From the NCBI GenBank assembly GCA_964270895.1, contig OZ185442.1: a DNA stretch of 64,000 nt; one strand, 5' to 3'. The notes under the pieces are model-generated. The model was not told where the DNA came from. It did no database searches and saw nothing but the letters and a program-made list of their open reading frames with translations. The position numbers and the translations under genes were made by a program. Origin of the DNA: Podarcis filfolensis. Lineage: Eukaryota. Shown here piece by piece: positions 37,980-55,079 of the stretch; the first letter of the stretch is position 1; each line of letters starts with the position of its first letter.

Positions 37980-38846
37980 GCGTGTCCTTCCTCCTGCCCC
38001 TGCCTTTGCTCTCTCTCACCCGCAGTCCGGGGCCGGGCACCACCTGCAGTCCGGGTCGGCGGCCAGGCAGCGGCGGAGCATGAACTCCTCATACTTGGCG
38101 ACGAGGTGGGGCGAGTCGCGCAGGAGGAGGCGGATGTCGGCCGGGTTGAGGCGCTCGCTGCACTCGGGGCAGCTGATGTTGACGCGCGACTCGGTGATCT
38201 CGATGCGCAGGTACTGGCGGAGGCACGAGCGGCACGAGCGGTGCGGGCATGAGAGGAGGCGCGGCGCGTTGCCCGCCGGCTGCCGCACCAGGCACAGCGG
38301 GCACTCCAGCTCCGACGGGGAGGACTCCTCGCCGCCCTCCTCGCACTCCGCACCACAAGACGACGACGAAGACGAGGTGGCGGCGGCGGCGGCGGCGGCG
38401 GCATCGCCCTCCCCGGTAACCGCCGCCGAAGGAGCAGGAGGAGGCTGTGGCGGCGGCGGCGATGAGGGCGGCGGCGGAGTGGCCTGGGTTGATGCTGCGG
38501 TGGGGCTGGCGATCGCCGCCGCCGCCACCGCCTCCACCACCGGGGCGGGCTTGGCTTGAGGCGGCTCTGGCTTGGCCTTGGCCTTCCGGCGGCGGCGGAC
38601 TCCGGCCCCGGAGGCTGAGGACGAGGCGGCCGAGGCGGCAGCCGAGAAGACGCTTTGGAAGCTGAGGAGGCGGCGTCGGCCCCGGCTGGTGCCGCTGTTA
38701 CTGCCGCTGTTGCCGTCACCTCCTCCGCCGCCGGTGCCTCTGCCGCCTCCTGCTTGTCCTGAGCCGCTCTTGGGGCATTTGGCCGGCGGGGCAGCCGCGT
38801 GGATCGAGGTAGAGCGCGGCGACTCCGAGTCCTTCTCTGAGCCCAT
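16806..38846 (-). CDS. RNF19B: RBR E3 ubiquitin ligase RNF19B (NKLAM/IBRDC3), 9 coding exons, 797 aa
   Basis: Exons 38020-38846, 25496-25701, 24206-24350, 22685-22847, 21896-22010, 19822-19962, 19256-19463, 18516-18647, 16806-17262 total 2394 nt and are phase-consistent. RING1 (CPLC...CPHRSCRSC...CPEC), IBR (WCPAPDC...CYHC), RING2 (KPCPRC...CNHMTC..C..EFCWLC) and hydrophobic TM segments are present. Confidence 0.98.
17933..18153. mobile_element. Tc1/mariner (Tigger/pogo-like) MITE
   Basis: 12-bp perfect TIR CAGTGGACCCTC / GAGGGTCCACTG, with TA target duplication at 17931-17932 and 18154-18155. Confidence 0.9.
18516..18647 (-). CDS. RNF19B: RNF19B exon 8
   Basis: [15 protein letters not shown]...SYNPQD; 132 nt; AG/GT boundaries. 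Confidence 0.96.
19256..19463 (-). CDS. RNF19B: RNF19B exon 7
   Basis: [17 protein letters not shown]...GKYS; 208 nt. Confidence 0.96.
19822..19962 (-). CDS. RNF19B: RNF19B exon 6
   Basis: [27 protein letters not shown]...DDGPIT; 141 nt. Confidence 0.96.
21896..22010 (-). CDS. RNF19B: RNF19B exon 5
   Basis: [38 protein letters not shown]; 115 nt; not in the ORF track, read manually. Confidence 0.95.
22685..22847 (-). CDS. RNF19B: RNF19B exon 4
   Basis: [32 protein letters not shown]...VGRK; 163 nt. Confidence 0.97.
23575..24066 (+). mobile_element. Tc1-family (IR/DR type) transposon 5' remnant with transposase N-terminus
   Basis: TA|TAGTCATGGGTAAAAGAAAGTGCACC end; internal repeat AAGTGCACC at 23592-23600 and 23779-23787. 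ATG at 23946 gives MPRSK and, after a frameshift, [27 protein letters not shown], a Tc1 paired-like HTH. Confidence 0.85.
24206..24350 (-). CDS. RNF19B: RNF19B exon 3 (RING2)
   Basis: [48 protein letters not shown]; 145 nt, or 142 nt with the distal NAG. Confidence 0.96.
25496..25701 (-). CDS. RNF19B: RNF19B exon 2
   Basis: [16 protein letters not shown]...QESGP; 206 nt. Confidence 0.97.
27882..28740 (+). mobile_element. Penelope-like element relic with hammerhead-ribozyme motifs
   Basis: CTGATGA-A-GCCC...GAAAC core at 28406-28430 with a degenerate tandem copy at about 28345-28366; AT-rich microsatellite; 16-bp direct repeat TGAGATTTGGTGTCAT at 27866-27881 and 28725-28740. Confidence 0.5.
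29380..31420 (+). mobile_element. Decayed, interrupted L2 LINE
   Basis: RT-like remnants ([23 protein letters not shown]) at about 29470-29660; L2-like 3' segments at 30840-31400; interrupted by a CR1-type tail at about 30440-30510. Confidence 0.6.
32364..32608 (+). mobile_element. hAT MITE, same family as 5608-5994
   Basis: CAGGGGTCAGCAAACT...AGTTTGCCTACCCATG; shares the GGTCCACTGTCCCTCAGA subterminal motif; no matching TSD. Confidence 0.85.
32705..32950 (-). mobile_element. hAT MITE, inverted copy of 32364-32608
   Basis: CATGGGTAGGCAAACT...TTTGCTGACCCGTG; its reverse complement aligns end to end with the neighbouring copy. Confidence 0.85.
37948..37977. repeat. (ATT)n microsatellite about 40 nt from the RNF19B exon 1 donor
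   Basis: Direct inspection. Confidence 0.97.
38020..38846 (-). CDS. RNF19B: RNF19B exon 1 ([12 protein letters not shown]...WCPAPDCG)
   Basis: ATG at 38846 matches the mammalian [10 protein letters not shown] start; GG|GTGAGA donor; CpG-island composition. Confidence 0.96.
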
Positions 38847-38954
38847 CGCGAAGGAGAGGCGGACGGCCGGAGAAAGCGGCGGCAGCGTCGCCCGCTCGGC
38901 TCTGCGCCTCCTCTGAGGTGAAACGAGAGAGAAAGGGGAGTGAGGCGGGCGAGG

Positions 38955-39155
38955 AGAGAGCGCATGCGCGGCCGATGGCCCGACCAACCGACCCACTGAC
39001 TGACTGCTGAGGTAACCCAACCGCCGCCAACGGCCTTCCAGCTCCTGCTGCGCAGGCGCGTCAGCTCCACACAACTCGCTTTCCTTACCCAAGCTGTCTG
39101 CTCCTTTCGCAATGCGCATGCGTCACAAGCGGGGGAAGGCGACTTAAGAACCAAT
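38955..39155 (-). promoter_or_regulatory. RNF19B: RNF19B CpG-island promoter with three NRF1-type motifs
   Basis: GCGCATGCGC (38960-38969), TGCGCAGGCGC (39049-39059), TGCGCATGCG (39113-39122); CCAAT near 39150. Confidence 0.7.
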
Positions 39156-41224
39156 GTATTTTATGTAATTACATGTAATGCAGGCGTTGTGCTTTGAGCC
39201 TACGAGCTGCTCATAGAGAGTGAAGGTCCAAAAGGAAGGCTCGTGAGGCGCTCTCAGTCTCAGAGGGTGGGCAGGCAAAGCCTTGTTTCTCTGTGTGTGC
39301 AGAGTTCATGTGAGCCTCTGCTATTTTTGCCTTTGATTTGCCTCCCCCCCACAAAAAAGACAGTGTATAGGTCTTATAAAATAAATACTGGGCCGGAAGA
39401 TGTTCAGGTTGAGGAATAGCATCAAACAACTCTAGCTGGCTCCAACGCCTTTTTTGGGGGGGGGCTAAAGTAGGTTTTCTAAATGCCACACGTTCCAGCT
39501 GCCACCCCAAGCCCCTAATTTTGCCCCTCTAGTTGACAAAGGGTGTAGGGCACAATCCTCAACATATGGGTAATAGCAAAGCACATGCTTGGCATGTAGA
39601 AGGCCAAGATTCTAGCCCTGGCATCTCCAAGCCCCCTGTTCCCCTCAAAGAGCTACAGTTTCCAGGGTGATTTAACAAACCCAGAGAACTCAGAGAATTG
39701 TAATTCTGGGAGCAAAATAGGGGACCTCGACAACTCTCAGAACCCTTTAAAAACTACAGCTCCGAGGATCACCATCCTTAGCTCTTGATAAGCCTGTAGT
39801 CGTGACAAGAGCCAAAAAGTCTCAAGCTGCTCCAGGTAAGGGAGCCTCATCTTGCATGATGAAATCCCAAACGACCAAGATCTTTCAGTTTCTTTAAGTT
39901 ACTTTGTTGCAGCTTCCTCCATTTCTGACGGCTTGATTTGTATTTATAGCCAGACACATATTATGTTCTCTGTGTGTGTAATTATACATGCATGACAAAT
40001 GCCCTTTAGACACTTGTCCTCTAGTGTCAGTTTTTCTATGCACAGTGAAAACCAGAAGCCTAGATCATCTGCTCCCATAGGTTCCAAAGCTTGTAAATCC
40101 TATTGGAAGCACTTGCCCTGCACAGGAAACACCAGCAGGAACCAAGGAACTGGGGACCTATTGTTCTTGAGATGCCATGACAGAAGGTGCATTTCTCTCT
40201 GTCTCTGGGAACTACAAGGTGAACCCTAGAGTTTGCATCTCCTTTCCTGGGTGAGGGTCTGGACCAGCAGCTCCCTGTTCATCTGTTCAAACATCACTTG
40301 TTTTTTCACTAGAACTCGTAAGATCTGGACACCTAATAGACACATGGAATCAAATTTGCATAAAGGTCTTCAAGTGTGTTCTACCATTCAGCTTCAGTCT
40401 CCAGCCTCAGGTTATAGACTTGCAGCCCCCAGTCCAGTGGGGGGACTTTCTGTAATAATGAATAAACCACGAGTTCCAGAGGAATCTGCATGGAAGCAAC
40501 CTTGTGCCTGGGAGAGATACATATACAAGGAGATATTTGGGCAAATATTGCTTCTTGCACTACCAAACCCAACCCTTTGGGTTCTGAGCAGGCAGCAAAA
40601 AGCCAGAAATAACTTTTCGCCTATTTCAGTAAGAAAATTCCCACCCTTTTCCAGTGTAAGCTGAGCCCTGAAGGTCTACTCCAATATGGAGGTCTTGCAA
40701 TACTTCTGGAAGGTGTTTAGTGCAGTTGTTCCCAAACCTTTTCCCCACAGACCACCTGAACATCGCTGAGGGTCTTGGCAGATAGTTTTAGCAAGTGTAA
40801 TATGCTGTGCTAAATGCCATATTGTTCTTAATTGTATTTGTATTGCTTCCTTTATTTCTTATATATTGCATTTTATAAAAGAGATACAGGCAACAATACA
40901 AATAAAAACCAACATGGACATTTAATGCAATGCATATGCCACTTCTCTTCTTCAGCCACAAATCCAGACACTCCATGGGCCAACCTGAACGGAGCTTTTC
41001 CTTGTATGGGGATGGATATTTATTTAAATTAATGGGCAGTCGATTATTCAACCAAAAATCTCTGTTTTTAAATTTTTAGCGCCCTACTCTAGTAGAATGA
41101 ACATAGATGAGGTTGAGCCTAGGGAGACTTCATAAAAAGTATAAATAAAATCCCATTGATAAAACTGTCAGGTGGGGAAGAGCCCAATTCCTAGCCTCAA
41201 TGAGCTGAGGTTTTCCTTTCTGCA

Positions 41225-41375
41225 AGTGTGCTGCAAGTGTCCAGCATTCTTTTCTCACAGTGGCCAACCAGATGCCTTTGGGAAGCCCACAAGTAGGACC
41301 TGTGTGCAACAGCACTCTCCCCGGCTGGCATTCCACAGCCATCGCTATTCAGAACATCAGTACCTCCACCACTGA
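41225..41375 (-). mobile_element. CR1 3' UTR fragment
   Basis: TTTTCTCACAGTGGCCAACCAGATGCC...GGGAAGCCCACAAG is the reverse complement of the CR1 tail type seen at 6880-6960. Confidence 0.7.
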
Positions 41376-41735
41376 AAGCGAAGCACAGACAAACGTGGAC
41401 ACTTGACAAGTCCTGTCCTGTCCACAGCTAGGATCACAGACCTTGCTATCTGCAAGCCCCAAGTTAAATTTTCTCTTTGAAGTATCATTACTTCCTTTCC
41501 TGCCCCACCCCCCACTTAGAACACAGCTGGCTGTGGTTTATCCTTCTGGTTTCTCTCTTCAGGGTTCAGGTTGCTATCGGGGTTTAAATCTTCCCTGAAG
41601 CCTGTGCAGGACCTGAGACTTTGCAAGAGAAACAGGTCACAAAGAACTTGAGCCTATTGCTGCAACCAGCCTCCCACAGTTCCCCACACCCAAAATCAAG
41701 GGACAAAATTGTTCAGGTACAAAAGTGACAGCCAT

Positions 41736-41741
41736 TTTATT
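41736..41741 (-). terminator. AK2: Candidate AK2B polyadenylation signal
   Basis: AATAAA on minus about 740 nt after the AK2B stop. Confidence 0.55.
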
Positions 41742-42477
41742 GAAGCAGCAGGTGGGCCCTAAAAGGATGGCAAGTAAAAGAACTGGAAACTGCAGTTGTT
41801 TGAGGGCAGGGGGAGTGTTCTTGGTTCTGATCTTTCGATATTTAAGTGAATACTACGCTGAACAGTAAAGCAGGCAGCACTGCCCCGTCCAGAAGGTGAC
41901 GACTTCAGATGCCAATTGCTGATGCAGGAATTCTGCAGCATCTCTGCAGTGGGAGTGATTGAAAGAGCCGTTATACCTGAGGCCAAAATTGTCCACCCCA
42001 AGTGGAGGCTACGTGGAGAAAAGGCACAGCAGAAACAAGGACTTGTGCACAGCTGGAACTCCTGGGCTTAGAGAAGCCTTTGAGCGGATTTCTTGCAGTG
42101 CATAGTCTGCTAATTTCTGCGCTGTGCCTCCAGTGAACTTCCTAAATCACTGGGGCCATCCAGGGAAAAACAACTGGGTCCAAGATAGCTTCCCCTCCCT
42201 GCCAAGTTAAATTTTTACAATGCAACTGTCTAGAGTCAGAGCTATGGTGATATCCAGCCTTTACAAGCCCATTTCAACACAATACAGTACACATTTTCCT
42301 CCCTAAATTCTGGTTTGACTTTCTTAAAACAAAATTCCTGTCAAGTTACCCCTTGTGCTTCCTGCCCCTTTCCTTGCCCTCCCTTCCTCTGCCCCCTTGG
42401 CTTGAGGGCAAAAGGGTGAGGGTGATGAACATGCAGCATTCGATCGTGTTCTGTCCTGTCTCGTCCACCTCCTGGAT

Positions 42478-42485
42478 TCATGCGG
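42478..42485 (-). CDS. AK2: AK2B alternative terminal exon, coding part (S-A-stop)
   Basis: Strong acceptor TTCTCTTTTTTTATATTTTGTCTTCATTTCAG|CC GCA TGA in phase 1, matching the internal donor ACA T|GTAAAG at 45401/45400; gives ...SKATSA*. Confidence 0.75.
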
Positions 42486-45374
42486 CTGAAATGAAGACAA
42501 AATATAAAAAAAGAGAAATGGTCCTTAAGAACTCAAAAGGAATACTTCTTTATGGCAGACAGAGGGGGGATAAGAAATCAAGGAGGGGGGGCTTGGGGTA
42601 TTTAACACACTTGTGTATTGCCCTTCATAATATTTATCCCAGGGTAGCTTGCAATGCAAATTAAAACAAAAGAGCAATAAGGATGATGGGTGGCGAACGG
42701 ACTGGCAGCTGCAATGGAGCTAAATGGACTTGCCTGTCCTTGTTGGGAAGTTCTTGTTCTTAGGCTCTCTTAATAAAACCTCCATCCCCTATAGGAAAAC
42801 TAGCTCTCCCTTCACTATTAGATTATAACAGCCTTCCTTTAGAAGGCCTCAAAGGATTCCCAGTGTACAGACCAAAGCTGCTTACGCTCAAGGGATTGCT
42901 CATAATCTTAAACTAACAAGGCACCATCAGTGTCTCAGAGACGGCAACAAAAGCAAGCCTCAGACCAGGTGATTTGCAAGCTTGATTCAGTTGCATCCAT
43001 CTCCAAGCAAAGCCACGCAATCTGTGCCCCCGGAAACCTAAGCACCTGAGTAGAGTTCTCTGTTTGAATAAGAGATTAAGGCAAGAGCAGCCATAGGTTG
43101 GTTGCAAACGGGAAAGGGCTGCAACCCCATGGGATGAATGGGTCTTTTTAAAATCACAAATTCTGTGAAATGGGCCTCCTCTTGGAAAGAGATTCTCTTT
43201 TCAATAAATCACCATTTTGAGAAGGTGTAATCAAGTCCCATTCTTTTGAATCCCATGAGAAAATACCATCAAACATCCGTTCTGAGAAAAACTTTACAAA
43301 AACAAAACAAAACATTTTGAGGGGTGAGAATGGTATGTCTCCCCAGTGCCATCAGATAATATAGTGAGACAAGGCAATTTAGATTTCAGGACTGTTATCA
43401 GGCCATCAAACAAGCAAATATTTTCGACTAAACTACATAATTCCCATTGTGAATTTTCTTTTTTCAAAGCTGCAAAATGCCTCTCAATATACTCTGCAGT
43501 TCAATGGGTTAAAGTGTTCTTCTCACTGCTGCGTTTCTTGCGCAGCGAAATACTATTTCAGCCTATTTAATCAAAAGAGGAGCACAGGTCTTTCAGAAGA
43601 GTCATTTGGGAGCAAAAATGCATTTAAGAACAATGTAAGAACAATTAAAGGAAGGATAAAAAGAGAGAAGTGGAAAAAGACAAGGACACAGGTCAGTGGA
43701 CAGGCACAATGACTTCCCTCCCCCCACACCCACCCGCCAAGGGCACTCTATACTTTACAGTCCCTGATCTATCAAGTCAGCTACACATACACAAGGACAA
43801 GAGAGCTGGAAGGTTGTGAGGCTAACTGGCAGATATAAATGTGATCCCAGAGGTAGGCAGCAACATCCACGCATGCTAGAATTTGCACCTTTATTGTGTT
43901 GCAGCAAAACACAGGAAAAGACCCCGGCAGCCACAAGAGCCAGGTGAAGGCGAGCAATGTAGCTGTAAGCTGGCATGATGAGCCCCGCACATGGAAGCAC
44001 ATTATGAAATCAGAGTTCCCTCCCCCACCCTCTGCACGCCAGCAACACCGCTGCTTGTCTCAAGAAAACTCAAGTGCATCTCAAGGATATCACAAAGGCA
44101 GGTCAAGTTTGAATGAGAACAACAAGGCTGCTTCAAAGCAAGATTGCAAAGGGGAGAGCAGGGGCTCCATTTCCATATCACTTCACTGAAAGGCAAGAAC
44201 AGGGTCACTCCCAGCCAGCCTTCCCCAGCCTGGTGCCCCCTGCCTCCGTGTTATTTTGGAGTACAACTCGCATCAGTTCCAGCCATGCTGAGAGTTGCAG
44301 TCCATACCATCTGGAGGGCACCAGGTTGAAAAAGGCTGCCTTGGCGGGATACAAAGTCAATTCTCATGAATAAATTAAGTGTGCCAGGAATACAGGGCAA
44401 CAGCATCCAGGCTCTGCCAGACCATTGTTAAGTGGGTTTTCAGTTTCTTCACCACAAATACAATCTGGCCCACATTCTGGCGCCACCGCTAACCTGCCAG
44501 AGGAAGGTAAATGGGAGGGAGTGTTGATTGTCTTGCACCTTTGCCCCACGGTGGCACAATTCAGCACAAAGCCTAGGAACCCTCCGTCTGCATTCTCACC
44601 TTGTCAAACCAGTCCTCATTTTGCCATCTTATGCAAGTTATGGCTTGTACATTAATATACTAAGCCACAAGCACACACACAAAACTTATGAAGAAGTTAT
44701 GCAGATTAGATGCTTCCACATATGGGCTTCCTATTTCAGGCTTTCATCATGAAGTTGTAGAAGTATGGGATATGCACCGCACTTCCAGTGATGTGCTGGT
44801 TGTAGAGTTTCCGCTTGGCCCGTGGAAGAACAGGATGTGCCTCTTCACACAGGCGCACACATCTGTGCTGCTTTTGCACACCCCTTCTTTAAGCTGACAT
44901 GGCATTTAATTTCCTGCAGTTTTAGAGCCAAGGACTTAGGACAAGGCCAGCCAGCAACTTTGCTTCCCGCCCACAGCCGCTAGTTTGTGACCTTCAGAAC
45001 TCCTACAACATCGCACCAGGCCACCCGACATGTAGGTGGAACAGGAGAAGCGGCAGCAATTTTCCAGTTTAACCCTGTCGCCAAGATGAGTAGCAGAGCG
45101 CTTTCACTTTTGACTGAACAGGCGCAGCAGCCTAGTTCCCAGGTTCCGGAAAGCGGAGCGTGAAGCCGCTACGCCCCCTGCAGGCCACCTGCACACAGCC
45201 CACAAGCTCTTCAAAAAATATATGAATACAAATCGGAGAAAGCGCGGCATTTCTGTTTAATGGACAGTATATAAACAGCCTTCCTCCCTTGCAGCTTGAC
45301 ACCTCTCCTACAGAGCTTGCTCTTGCAGACCCCAGAAAGCAGGAAAGGAGAAGAAAGCATCAGACAGGAGAGCC

Positions 45375-53897
<8,523 letters not shown>

Positions 53898-53944
53898 CGC
53901 CGCGATCCTCCTTTGCCGCCTGACCCCGGAGAAGGCGTGCAGAG

Positions 53945-54135
53945 AGGGCCCGCCCCCTGCCGGGCCTCCCATTGGCCCGCGCTCCCGGTCCCGTCCCTGC
54001 ATGGCGTCCCTGTGGCCCAATAGACTCGGAACAGCGACGGGAGTACTTGCTGCTGATTGGGGGACTCGAGGGTTGAAAGGGGAACGCGAAGCGGCTTAGC
54101 TGCGCCTGCGCGCTCTCAGCTGAGCGGCCACGTGT
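53945..54135 (-). promoter_or_regulatory. AK2: AK2 CpG-island promoter
   Basis: GC box CCCGCCCC at about 53949-53956; CCAAT boxes near 53971, 54016 and 54055; NRF1-type TGCGCCTGCGCG at 54101-54112; E-box CACGTG near 54130. Confidence 0.75.
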
Positions 54136-54227
54136 GAGGCTGCCTTTGGAAGGGCGGTTTGGGCAGAGATAGGCAGTCAGTCGACCGAGCCTCCTCCTCT
54201 TCCCTGCAAATCTCGAGAATTACCGCT

Positions 54228-54340
54228 TAGAATCATGGAATTGTAGAATTGTAAAGATGGAAGGGATCCCAAGGGTCATTTAGTCCAACCCCCTGCAATG
54301 CAGGAACCTCAGCTAAAGCGTCCATGACAGATGGGCATCT
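54228..54340 (-). mobile_element. CR1 3' terminus
   Basis: AGAATCATGGAATTGTAGAA...GGAAGGGATCCCAAGGGTCATTTAGTCCAACCCCCTGCAATGCAGGA. Confidence 0.8.
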
Positions 54341-54347
54341 TGTTGCT

Positions 54348-54695
54348 GACGCGGGTGTCCCTGTGGTCTAAACCCCTGAGCCTCTTGGGCTTGCCGATCA
54401 GAAGGTCGGCAGTTCGAATCCGCGTGCGACAGGGTGAGCGTGTTGCTTTGTTCTAGCTTCTGCCAACCTAGCAGTTCAAAAGCATGCCAGTGCAATAGAT
54501 AAATAGGTACCGCTGCAGAGGAAAGGTAGACAATGTTTCTGTGCACTATGGTTTCCATCACGGTGTGGTGGAAGCAGTTTAATCATGCCCCGGAAAGCTG
54601 TCTGGACAAACACTGGCTCCTTCGCCGCATCCCATAGAGTCTCCTTTGACTGGACTTTAACCATCCAGGGGTCCTTCACCTTTTATCTTTACCTT
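54348..54695 (+). mobile_element. Sauria SINE
   Basis: GACGCGGGTG...CTTGCCGATCAGAAGGTCGGCAGTTCGAATCC...CTGCCAACCTAGCAGTTC...TAGATAAATAGGTACCGCT...GGGGTCCTTCACCTTT(T)A tail. Confidence 0.9.
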
Positions 54696-55079
54696 ATTGC
54701 TATTATCACTAGCGCTGCTTTCATTGATGTTTTCTTATATGAAAGTAGGTTTGGTGTTGTTTTTTAAAAAAAAGTATATGAAAGCTTGTTAGCTAAATAA
54801 ATGATGCCACTATATAAATGCTACTATAGCACCATCAAACTGCATGGAGCTTTAGAGAAGGGGTGGATAGATTGGGATCTACTAGATGGTCGATTTGTAG
54901 TAGATTGGTAAGAGAGGGTGTTTCTCGTATTTATTTATTTTTGCATAACATGCACAAATGTATGTAAAGGGCACCAGAACAAATATACACCTTGTTGAAA
55001 AAGCAGGAACATAAAATTATCAAAAAGCAAAACTATTATAAGGCTACCAACAACTAATACTGAAGAAAAGAAAAGTTTG

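Noticed and set aside
37939-38916. Long plus-strand ORFs (206, 114, 72 aa) opposite RNF19B exon 1
   Set aside because: Antisense shadows of a GC-rich coding exon; the longest starts at TTG next to an (ATT)n repeat.
38847-39119. 91-aa in-frame N-terminal extension of RNF19B from ATG 39119
   Set aside because: The ATG is part of an NRF1 palindrome probably upstream of the TSS; homology with mammals begins at MGSEKD.
43755-43800. Alternative AK2B acceptor giving ...KATSDLIDQGL*
   Set aside because: Weaker pyrimidine tract than 42486 and no resemblance to the known AK2B ending; not excluded as a minor isoform.
53898-54020. In-frame upstream ATGs (53972, 54002) extending AK2
   Set aside because: They lie among promoter CCAAT/GC boxes, one being part of CCAATG; orthologues start at MAPS.
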